In this document: piece by piece, positions 56,034 to 64,000 of the stretch
How positions within the stretch are numbered: the stretch's first letter is position 1
How the letters are laid out: each line of letters starts with the position of its first letter
Assembly: GCA_963663275.1 (NCBI GenBank)
Contig: OY760183.1
Span: forward strand, 832,001-896,000
Reading direction: 5' to 3'
DNA length: 64,000 nucleotides
From: Chloroflexota bacterium
Lineage (GTDB): Bacteria > Chloroflexota > UBA11872 > VXOZ01
Translations under genes and position numbers: made by a program
The notes under the pieces: model-generated
Seen by the model: the letters and a program-made list of their open reading frames with translations, nothing else
What the model was told of the DNA's origin: nothing
Database searches by the model: none

Positions 56034-58472
56034 ATGATGTTACAGCGGCTTTCTTCGTATTCTACGCGCGCGCTGGGCTTGAGCGGCCCGCGCGTTTCAT
56101 TGGGCAGATTGGTGGCGCTGCTTTGTCTGGGCGGCGTCTTTCTGCTGACGGCGGCGGCGTACCAGTCGCCGTGCACGGAAGACGTTAGCGCCGAAGATTG
56201 CGCGGTTCTGACCGGCGGCGTGGCCGACGTCCTGCGCGGCGAGGGCGGCGCGGACCTCAATTGGAATGACGACACCCCCATCACCGAGTGGACGGGCGTC
56301 ACCCTGGACTCTGAAACGAAGCGCGTAACCCGCATCGACCTCCGCAACCTTGACCTGCGGGGCACGATACCGGCGGCCCTGGGTGAACTCACCGGCCTGG
56401 AGCGGCTGTGGCTCTCCGGCAACCAACTCACCGGCGAGATTCCGCTGGAGTTGGGCAACCTTTCCAACCTGAACTGGGTTACCCTGAGCGGCAATCAATT
56501 CACCGGCTGCCTACCGGACGAATTCCGCGACATCGGCTACGGCGACGTGGCCGAACTTGGCCTGCCGTACTGCGCGGAGAACGAACACGCGACGCTGCTG
56601 GAGATGCGGGACGCGCTGGTGGGCGAAGGCACGGCGCTCAATTGGGCTGACGACCTCGACGTCAGCGAATGGGACGGCGTGGGACTCGATTCCCTGATGC
56701 GCGTAACCTCACTCAGCCTCTCGGAACACGGCCTGCGGGGCATCATTCCCGCCGGGCTGGGCAGCCTCACTCATCTGAAATCGATATACCTCTCGCAAAA
56801 CCGGCTGACGGGCAGCATTCCGGCGGAGTTGGGCAACCTGGCCAACCTGAGTTCGCTCTCGCTCTCCCGCAACGACCTGACCGGTGAAATACCGGTGGAG
56901 TTGAGCGGCCTTGCCGAATTGCGCTCGCTGTCGCTCTCTTACAACAAGCTGACCGGCGGCATACCGGTGGAGTTGAGCGGCCTTGCCGAGTTGCGCTCGC
57001 TGGTGCTCTCCTTCAATAAGCTGACCGGCGGCATACCGGCGGAACTGGGCGGCCTCTCCAACCTGACGACGATGCATCTTGCCTTCAACCGTCTGACCGG
57101 CGAGATACCGGTGGAGTTGAGCGCCCTTACCGAGTTGCGCACGTTGTCGCTCTGGAACAACCGGCTGACCGGCCGCATACCGCCGGTGCTGGGCAACCTC
57201 ACCGAACTGCGCGAACTGGACCTGGACAACAACCACCTGACCGGCGAAATACCGCCGGAGTTGGGTAACCTTACCGAACTGCAAGAGTTGTGGATCGACG
57301 GCACCGGCGTGTCCGGCGAGATACCGCCGGAGTTGGGCAACCTGGTCAATCTCTGGGCGCTCGGCCTTTCCAACAACGACCTGACCGGCCCCATTCCGGC
57401 CGCATTGGCCGACATTCCGAACCTGTCGTGGCTCTACCTCAACGGCAACCAACTGAGCGGCGAGATACCGGCGGAACTGGGCAACCTCGTCCACCTGCGC
57501 TACTTCAACCTCTCCCACAACCGGCTGACCGGCGCGATACCGGTGGAGTTGAGCAACTTCTCCTTCGTGCGGACGTTCAATCTCTCCCATAACCGGCTGA
57601 GCGGGGAGATTCCGGTGGAGTTAGGCGATCTCGTCTACCTGGAGATCATTTCGCTGGCGTCCAATCAACTGACCGGCGACATTCCGGCGGCGTTGAGCAA
57701 CCCCGGCAAGCTGGAAACGCTCGACCTCAGCGACAACCAACTGAGCGGCGCGATACCGGCCTCGCTGGGCAGCCTCTCCAGCCTGACCGAACTCGACCTC
57801 TCCCACAACCACCTGACCGGCGCGATACCGGCGGAGTTGGGCGAACTGGGCCGCCTGACCGTGCTGGACCTGGGCCACAACCAACTGACCGGCGAGATAC
57901 CGGTGACGTTGGGCAATCTGGCAAACTTGCAGACGCTCGGCCTCTGGAATAATCAACTGACCGGCAGCCTGCCGCCGGAACTGGGCAACCTGTCCAACCT
58001 GCGGTCCATGGACATGCGCCACAACCAACTTTCGGGCGAACTGCCGGCTACGCTGGGCAATCTCTCCAAACTGCGCGAGTTGGATATGGACGAGAACCAG
58101 TTCTCCGGCAGTCTGCCGCCGGCGCTGGGCAACTTGATCAGGCTGCGGGAGATGGACTTCAACGAGAACCTGCTTACCGGCAGCATCCCGGCCGAGTTTG
58201 GCAATCTGACGAACCTGGAGTGGCTGGACCTGGACGAGAATCAGCTTTCCGGCAGCATTCCGGCTGAACTGGGGAACCTGAGCAACTTGCAGACCTTGGA
58301 CCTGGGCGAAAACCAGTTGAGCGGCGACATTCCCGTGGAACTGGGTAACCTGGAGTCCCTCAGCAAGCTGGACCTCAGCGGGAACCAATTCACCGGCTGT
58401 ATACCCGGCGGGCTGCGCGACGTGCAGTACAGCGACCTGGATCAGCTTGGCCTGGGCTTCTGCGGCGAGTAA
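56034..58472 (+). CDS. Secreted plant-type leucine-rich-repeat protein (two capped LRR modules)
   Basis: Roughly 25-27 24-aa repeats L..L..L.LS.N.LTG.IP.ELGN; two N-caps (LNW......W.GV) and two C-caps (GC.P..LRD..Y.D...LGL..C); N-terminal hydrophobic segment. Confidence 0.93.
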   Translation: MMLQRLSSYSTRALGLSGPRVSLGRLVALLCLGGVFLLTAAAYQSPCTEDVSAEDCAVLTGGVADVLRGEGGADLNWNDDTPITEWTGVTLDSETKRVTRIDLRNLDLRGTIPAALGELTGLERLWLSGNQLTGEIPLELGNLSNLNWVTLSGNQFTGCLPDEFRDIGYGDVAELGLPYCAENEHATLLEMRDALVGEGTALNWADDLDVSEWDGVGLDSLMRVTSLSLSEHGLRGIIPAGLGSLTHLKSIYLSQNRLTGSIPAELGNLANLSSLSLSRNDLTGEIPVELSGLAELRSLSLSYNKLTGGIPVELSGLAELRSLVLSFNKLTGGIPAELGGLSNLTTMHLAFNRLTGEIPVELSALTELRTLSLWNNRLTGRIPPVLGNLTELRELDLDNNHLTGEIPPELGNLTELQELWIDGTGVSGEIPPELGNLVNLWALGLSNNDLTGPIPAALADIPNLSWLYLNGNQLSGEIPAELGNLVHLRYFNLSHNRLTGAIPVELSNFSFVRTFNLSHNRLSGEIPVELGDLVYLEIISLASNQLTGDIPAALSNPGKLETLDLSDNQLSGAIPASLGSLSSLTELDLSHNHLTGAIPAELGELGRLTVLDLGHNQLTGEIPVTLGNLANLQTLGLWNNQLTGSLPPELGNLSNLRSMDMRHNQLSGELPATLGNLSKLRELDMDENQFSGSLPPALGNLIRLREMDFNENLLTGSIPAEFGNLTNLEWLDLDENQLSGSIPAELGNLSNLQTLDLGENQLSGDIPVELGNLESLSKLDLSGNQFTGCIPGGLRDVQYSDLDQLGLGFCGE

Positions 58473-58577
58473 CCGGCGCCGCAACACTCCCGTAGAGTGA
58501 GGAACGCACACACCGGCGGCGCAACCGCTGGTGTGTGCGTTGTCGTTACACGCATCGCGGAAACGGCGTCACGAAAG

Positions 58578-59183
58578 ATGCGCATTGGCATTCTGGGCGG
58601 CACGTTCGACCCCATCCACTACGGGCACGTGCGCGCGGCGGAGCAGGCGCGCGCCGGGCAGCGGCTGGACCGCGTGCTCTTCGTGCCGGCCAATCGCTCG
58701 CCCCTCAAAGCGGACACGCAGGCCAACGCGGCTCACCGGGTGGCGATGGCGCGCCTGGCAATCGCGGACAACCCGGCCTTTGCGCTCTCCACCGTGGACG
58801 TGGCGCGGCCGCCGCCCAGCTACGCGCTGGATACGGTGGCGGCGCTCCGGCGCGCCTATCCCGCCGCCGCGCTGGTCTTTCTCATCGGCGCCGACCAGCT
58901 AGCCGACCTGCCCCAGTGGCGCGCGCCGGAGCAACTCCTGCAAGCGGTGCCCATCGTCGCGCTCACCCGCCCGGCCGCGGCCGGCGCGATTGCGGACGCC
59001 CTGGAGAAGCTGTCCCCGGCGGCGCGGGCGCGGGTGACCGTGCAGGAGATGCCGGCGGTGGACATCTCCGCCAGCGAGATCCGGCGTCGCGCGGCCGCCG
59101 GCCGCTCCCTCCAGGGCCTCACGCCGCCCGCGGTGGTGGAGTACATCGAGACGCGCCGGCTCTACCGGCCGCCGGAGCGATGA
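58578..59183 (+). CDS. nadD: Nicotinate-nucleotide adenylyltransferase
   Basis: GILGGTFDPIHYGH, IGAD, ISASEIR. Confidence 0.95.
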   Translation: MRIGILGGTFDPIHYGHVRAAEQARAGQRLDRVLFVPANRSPLKADTQANAAHRVAMARLAIADNPAFALSTVDVARPPPSYALDTVAALRRAYPAAALVFLIGADQLADLPQWRAPEQLLQAVPIVALTRPAAAGAIADALEKLSPAARARVTVQEMPAVDISASEIRRRAAAGRSLQGLTPPAVVEYIETRRLYRPPER

Positions 59184-59258
59184 CGACGCCGGGCGCGCGG
59201 CAGGCCCGTACAAGTGCGCCGGAAACGTGCCTGAAGAGTCACCGCGCGAGAGCGCGTG

Positions 59259-59267
59259 TGCTATAAT
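59259..59267 (+). promoter_or_regulatory. Extended -10 promoter, probably giving a leaderless rsfS mRNA
   Basis: TGCTATAAT ends 7 nt before the ATG at 59275; no SD sequence. Confidence 0.55.
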
Positions 59268-59274
59268 AGAGCCG

Positions 59275-59619
59275 ATGGACGGCTTAGAGAAAGCGAAGCT
59301 CGCAGTTGACGTGATGGCCGAACACGGCGGCGCCGATATTGCTCTGCTCGATATCAGGCGCCAGACCGTTGAGGCCGACTTCTTTGTGCTGTGTTCGGCG
59401 GAATCCTCGCCGCAGTTGCGCGCAATCGTGGAGCACATCGAAGGGGAACTGGGCGCGCGCGGCGAGACGCCCCTGCGCAGCGAAGGCAAAGGCGAAGGCG
59501 GCTGGGTGGTGCTCGATTACGGCGACGTGATGGCGCACGTATTCTCCAGCGACATGCGGGAGTACTACCACCTGGAGCGCCTCTGGTCGCAGGCTACGAC
59601 CATTCTGCGGGTGCAGTGA
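59275..59619 (+). CDS. rsfS: Ribosome silencing factor RsfS
   Basis: ADFFVLCS, WVVLDYGDVMAHVF..REYYHLERLW. Confidence 0.93.
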   Translation: MDGLEKAKLAVDVMAEHGGADIALLDIRRQTVEADFFVLCSAESSPQLRAIVEHIEGELGARGETPLRSEGKGEGGWVVLDYGDVMAHVFSSDMREYYHLERLWSQATTILRVQ

Positions 59620-59728
59620 CCCGCAAACGCCGCCCCCGGCACACTCAGCAGGCGGCTGCGACCGGAGAGCGGCAACGGCGAGCGGGCAGCGGCGCGGCTG
59701 CCGTCACTGGGACAAAGGGGATGACATC

Positions 59729-59923
59729 ATGCTTCGTACGAAACTCGCGGCGGAAGACGACAACTTCGTTTGGGGCATCGCTCTCGGCGCGCTGTGCGGC
59801 CTGGTGCTTGGTTCCGTGCTCGGCGCTTTGCTGGGCCACGATAGCTTCTCCTTGTTGCGCCGCGTGACCCAACGCTTCCTCGGCCGTGATGAGGACGTGA
59901 ACTTCGAGATCTTCGTCCAATAG
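59729..59923 (+). CDS. Small membrane protein
   Basis: Gly-rich TM helix FVWGIALGALCGLVLGSVLG; RBS AGGGG. Confidence 0.55.
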   Translation: MLRTKLAAEDDNFVWGIALGALCGLVLGSVLGALLGHDSFSLLRRVTQRFLGRDEDVNFEIFVQ

Positions 59924-59984
59924 CCCGCCCTGCGGGATCCTCTTTTGCTCCCGCCACCCGCCGCTGCCCAGCCATACGGATTCC

Positions 59985-62360
59985 CTACTGCGCAAGCTCG
60001 ACGACCGTCGCGCCGTCGCCGCCTTCCCGCGCCGGGGCGGTGCGAAACTTGCGCACCAGCGGATGGCCGCGCAGCATCTCGTGCACGGCGGCGCGCAGCG
60101 CGCCGGTGCCTTTGCCGTGGATGATGCGCACGCTCTTCAGGCCGCCGTGGAGCGCCTGGTCCAGGTAACGGTCAACCGTCTCTATGCTTTCCTCGGCGCG
60201 GTTGCCGCGGATGTCCAGCTCGATTGGCGCCACCGGCGGGGCGGGCCGCAGATCGCGTTGCCGCTCATCCGGCGCGCTCGCGTCCCGCCGGCTCTCAACG
60301 AACGTCAGTTCAGCAAGAGCAACGCGGGTCTTGATCCGGCCCACCTGCACGGCAACCAGACCCCGGGCGTCCGGGGCCGCCAGCACCTCGCCCGGCATCT
60401 CCCAGCCGCGCACGCGCACCGTATCGCCCACGGCGAGCGCCTCCGGCTCCGGCAGTTGGCGCGTGGCCCGCGCGCGGGCGCGCATCTCCCGCTGCCGTTC
60501 GCGGGCTTGGCCGGCGGCGCGCTCCAGCAGTTTGCGGTTGGCGTCCGTTGGCGCGGCAAACACTTTCGCCTGGCGCGCCAGCGCCTGGATCTGCTCCAGC
60601 AACGCCGACGCTTCCTCGGTTGCCGCGTCCCACGCCGCCGTCTTCTGTTCCGTTACCGCTTGCTCCATCTCCCGCACCCGCGCCGCCAGCGCGTCGCGCT
60701 CGGTTTCCAACGCCGCGCGGTCGTTCGACAGATGCTCGCGCTCGGCCTTCAGTTGCTCCGTCTCATCCCGCAGGGCGACCATCAGCGCGTCCACCGCCTG
60801 TTCGGTGGGACTGAACCGCGCCTCCGCCTGGGCCGCAATCGCCGGGTTCAGGCCGAGGCGGCCGGCAATCTGCAGCGCGTGGCTGGTGCCCGGCGTGCCG
60901 ATGGAGAGCACGTAGGTCGGCGCCAGGCGTTCCACGTCGAACTCCACGCTGGCGTTCTGCATGGATTCCTCCACGTGCGCCAACGCCTTCACCGCCGAAA
61001 AATGGCTGGTGGCTACGGTGGGAACGCGCTTATTGCGCAGATACAAGAGAATCGCCTGCGCCAATGCCGAGCCTTCCTGCGGATCCGTGCCCGCGCCAAG
61101 CTCGTCGAACAGCACTAGCGACCGTTCGCCGGCCTCGTCGAGAATGGGGATGATCTTCGAGAGGTGCGACGAGAAGGTGGAGAGGCTCTGCTCGATGCTC
61201 TGCTCGTCGCCAATGTCGGCGTGCACCTGCTGGAACACCGCCAGCCGCGAGCCGAGCGCCGCCGGCAGGTGCAGCCCGCACTGGCCCATGAGCGTGAGCA
61301 AGCCGATGGTCTTGAGCGCCACGGTCTTGCCGCCGGTGTTCGGGCCGGTGATGACGAGCACGTAGAAGGGCTGCGACCGCTCCCGCTGGGGGTCTTGTCC
61401 CAGGTAGACGTCGATGGGCACGACTGTGCCCGTGAGCAGCGGATGCTTGGCCTGCCGGAACGAGAAGCGATAGCCGGCGACGACGGCCGGCTGCTCGGCT
61501 TGCATGGTCTCGGCGTAGCGCGCCTTGGCCAAAATGATGTCGATGGCGGCCAGCGTGCCCACGTTTTCGCTGAGTTCCTGCTGATATGCGCCCACCTCGG
61601 ACGAAAGTGCGCGCAGGATGCGGTCTACCTCCCGCTGCTCCTCGCGCTGGGCGCTGCGCCAGCGGTTGTTGATCTCCACCACGTCCAGCGGCTCCACGAA
61701 CACGGTCGCGCCGCTGGCGGACTCGTCGTGCACGATGCCTTTCACCCGCCCGCGAAACTCGGACTTCACCGGCAGCACGTACCGCTCCGACCGCAGCGTG
61801 ACGATCGGGTCTTGCAGGAAGGTGAGATATTCCGGCAAGCGCACCAGGACCTGCATGCGGTCCAGCAGTTGGTTGTGCACGGCGCGCACCTCCTGGCGCA
61901 GGTCGCGCAGCAGGGGGCTGGCGCTATCCAGCACGTCGCCGTCCGGGCCAATCGCCTGCTCGATGGCGCCCTGCAAGGGGTCGCACTTCATGATCTCCCG
62001 CGCCAACCGGCTGAGCAACGGAAACGATTCGGCGCGCCGCACCAGCATCTCCCGCGTCATGCGCCCGCTGCGCACGGTGTCGGCTACCGCCAGCAATCCG
62101 GCCGCGTCCAGCACGCCGCCCCGCGCGGCATAGTCCGCCAACCCGCGCACGTCATGCGCCGGGCCGATGGTGAAGTTCGGATGCAACCGCAGCAACTCCC
62201 GCGCCTCGGCGGTCTCCGTGAGGAGGTTTTCCACCGCCGCCGGCTCCGTGGCGGGCATAAGCTCCTCCGCCAACGCCTTGCTGGCGGAGAAATGCGCGTG
62301 CTCCACGAGCAGGGCGCGAATCTTGGGGAATTCGAGGAGTTCGAGGGTCTTGGGATTCAT
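59985..62360 (-). CDS. mutS2: Endonuclease MutS2
   Basis: ITGPNTGGKT, ADIGDEQSIEQSLSTFS, DELGAGTDP.EG, C-terminal Smr IIHGKGTG. Confidence 0.96.
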   Translation of the reverse strand: MNPKTLELLEFPKIRALLVEHAHFSASKALAEELMPATEPAAVENLLTETAEARELLRLHPNFTIGPAHDVRGLADYAARGGVLDAAGLLAVADTVRSGRMTREMLVRRAESFPLLSRLAREIMKCDPLQGAIEQAIGPDGDVLDSASPLLRDLRQEVRAVHNQLLDRMQVLVRLPEYLTFLQDPIVTLRSERYVLPVKSEFRGRVKGIVHDESASGATVFVEPLDVVEINNRWRSAQREEQREVDRILRALSSEVGAYQQELSENVGTLAAIDIILAKARYAETMQAEQPAVVAGYRFSFRQAKHPLLTGTVVPIDVYLGQDPQRERSQPFYVLVITGPNTGGKTVALKTIGLLTLMGQCGLHLPAALGSRLAVFQQVHADIGDEQSIEQSLSTFSSHLSKIIPILDEAGERSLVLFDELGAGTDPQEGSALAQAILLYLRNKRVPTVATSHFSAVKALAHVEESMQNASVEFDVERLAPTYVLSIGTPGTSHALQIAGRLGLNPAIAAQAEARFSPTEQAVDALMVALRDETEQLKAEREHLSNDRAALETERDALAARVREMEQAVTEQKTAAWDAATEEASALLEQIQALARQAKVFAAPTDANRKLLERAAGQARERQREMRARARATRQLPEPEALAVGDTVRVRGWEMPGEVLAAPDARGLVAVQVGRIKTRVALAELTFVESRRDASAPDERQRDLRPAPPVAPIELDIRGNRAEESIETVDRYLDQALHGGLKSVRIIHGKGTGALRAAVHEMLRGHPLVRKFRTAPAREGGDGATVVELAQ

Positions 62361-62381
62361 GGGACTTGTTTGACTTCTTGA

Positions 62382-62533
62382 ACCGTCACTTCTATGAGAG
62401 ACCGTCACTACCACGAGATATCGTCACGTGTATAAGAGACTGTCACTTCTATGAGAGACCGTCACTACCACGAGATACCGTCATATCCATAAGAGGTAGT
62501 CACTTCTACGAAAAACTGGCGCTTCTACGAGAG
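62382..62533. repeat. Tandem array, 19-nt unit, 8 copies with 57-nt higher-order period
   Basis: ACCGTCACTTCTATGAGAG / ACCGTCACTACCACGAGAT / ATCGTCACGTGTATAAGAG repeated (ABC-ABC-A'-A''). Confidence 0.92.
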
Positions 62534-62847
62534 TAGGACATCAAGCCGTTCGCCCTGAGCATCGTCGAAGGGTGAACGGCGGCGGCATCACAGCATCGGC
62601 TAACCGCTTCCTACTCTCCGTTCATACTTTGACAAGCTCAGCACGAACGGAGAGTAGGAAGCTTGTCTTCATGCCCGCATGTAGCCTGGCACGGCCGCGC
62701 CAATTCCCGCTTGCACGGAAACCATCTGCCGTGCGGGATTCCACCACTCGCCGGCCACAGGCCCGCCTTTCTAGTGTAGCCTGCGCAGGCGGCAAAGGGT
62801 AGCGGCCGGGCGATTTTGCAACCGCGCCCGGTGTTCAAAAACAAGAG

Positions 62848-62871
62848 GCGGGGGACAAGCCCCCGCGCTAC
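62848..62871. repeat. GCGGGGGACAAGCCCCCGCGCTAC REP (about 11 copies in the window)
   Basis: Also near 5951, 5992, 24434, 31815, 31875, 32010, 32057, 32415, 39793 (reverse) and 50020. Confidence 0.9.
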
Positions 62872-62893
62872 GACTGGCCGTCGTTACCATGTG

Positions 62894-64000
62894 CTATTGC
62901 GCGCCGGCGTCCGCTAGCAGGCTGTCGCGCAGTTCGCGTTTCAGCACCTTGCCCATGGTGTTGCGGGGGAGTTCGTCGGCGAAGTAGACGTCGCTGGGCA
63001 CCTGGTAGTCCACGCTGCGTTCGCGGCAGAAGTCGCGGATGGCGCGGGGCGTGGCTGCTGTGTCGGCGTCCTGGTCTTTCACCACCACGGCCACCACTTT
63101 CTCGCCGCGCAGGTCGTCGGGCAGGCCGAAGACGGCGGACTCTTTCACGCCGGGGCAATCGTTGAGCACGCGCTCGACCATGGGTGGATAGACGTTGAAG
63201 CCCTTGGTGATGATGAGGTCCACTTTTCGCCCGATGAGGGTCAAGTACCCCTGGGGATCCAAGAAACCCAAATCGCCGGTGGCGAAGTAGCCCTGGTGGG
63301 CGAAGGCCTCGGCGGTGGCTTCCGGCCGGTTCAGGTAGTGGTCGAAGATCACCGGGCCTTTCACGTGCACCTCGCCCACGGCATGGCCTTCCTTGGTGGT
63401 GGAGCCGTCCTCGACCATGGTCATCTCGATGCCGTCCAGCGGCAACCCCACCGAGCCCTGCACGCTGGGCGTATCGATGGGCAGGCTGGCGATCACGTGG
63501 CTCTCGGTCATGCCGTACCGGTTGATGAGCGGATTCTTTAAGATACCCTCCAGTTCCGGTAACACTTCGGGGCGAATTGGGGCCGAACCGCACGTGAAGA
63601 GCCGCACGTGCGACCAGTGCGCGGCGCGTTCGCGAAACTCCGGCCGCCCCAGGAACTGATAGTACATGGGCGGAATGGCCATGAAGACCGTGGTGCGGTC
63701 GATGAGGTCCAGGGTGCGCACCGGGTGAAATGAGTCCGCCATGAGCATGTGCGCGCCGGTGAGGAAGTTCACGTGGCTGGCGAACGACAACCCGTGAATG
63801 TGGAAGAACGGCAGCACGTTCACCAGCGCGTCGTCGGGCGTGAACGCCCAGCAATCGGCCAGCGAACGCACCGCCGCGCCGAGATTGGCGTGGGTGTGCA
63901 CCACGCCCTTGGGCTGGCCGGTGGTGCCGGAGGAGTAGAGCAGCAGCGCCCAGTCTGCCGCGGTGGAATCCGGCAAAGAGGCCGTGGGCCGCGGCGCGAG
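62894..64000 (-). CDS. AMP-dependent acyl-CoA synthetase (MatB-like), 5' end beyond window
   Basis: YSSGTTGQPKG, RYGMTE, FATGDLG, GRKVDLII.KG.NVYP, LPRNTMGKV. Confidence 0.9.
   Translation of the reverse strand, partial: LAPRPTASLPDSTAADWALLLYSSGTTGQPKGVVHTHANLGAAVRSLADCWAFTPDDALVNVLPFFHIHGLSFASHVNFLTGAHMLMADSFHPVRTLDLIDRTTVFMAIPPMYYQFLGRPEFRERAAHWSHVRLFTCGSAPIRPEVLPELEGILKNPLINRYGMTESHVIASLPIDTPSVQGSVGLPLDGIEMTMVEDGSTTKEGHAVGEVHVKGPVIFDHYLNRPEATAEAFAHQGYFATGDLGFLDPQGYLTLIGRKVDLIITKGFNVYPPMVERVLNDCPGVKESAVFGLPDDLRGEKVVAVVVKDQDADTAATPRAIRDFCRERSVDYQVPSDVYFADELPRNTMGKVLKRELRDSLLADAGAQ

Overview
High-GC bacterial chromosomal window, most likely from a Chloroflexota bacterium. This is inferred from the gene order and a conserved hypothetical protein. 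The plant-type LRR and multi-Cache proteins and the heavy REP/MITE load resemble host-associated (e.g. sponge) symbiont genomes. Core genes: tRNA-Thr(GGT)-tuf-rpmG-secE-nusG-rplK-rplA, grpE-dnaJ, prmA, mtaB-HIT, comEC-proC, nadD-rsfS, mutS2, a short purH, and a cell-wall cluster ftsE-ftsX-ftsE'-M23 peptidase-class A PBP. Accessory genes: sugar-catabolic enzymes, an ABC-ATPase/DUF4276-like pair, a low-GC methyltransferase plus putative nuclease pair fused behind dnaJ, a two-component system with a Gly/Glu/His-rich lipoprotein, a four-Cache lipoprotein and a large LRR protein. Intergenic DNA is packed with several palindromic REP/RPE-like families and composite MITEs, one with a clear 10-bp target duplication. 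There are also many unrelated tandem arrays with a period of about 19-26 nt. Most notable: two ftsE paralogues around one ftsX; a 58-nt synonymously diverged purH fragment 10 kb from purH; a REP cluster translated inside a protein; grpE-dnaJ without dnaK; rplA not followed by rplJL. No CRISPR array, rRNA, transposase or reverse transcriptase was seen.
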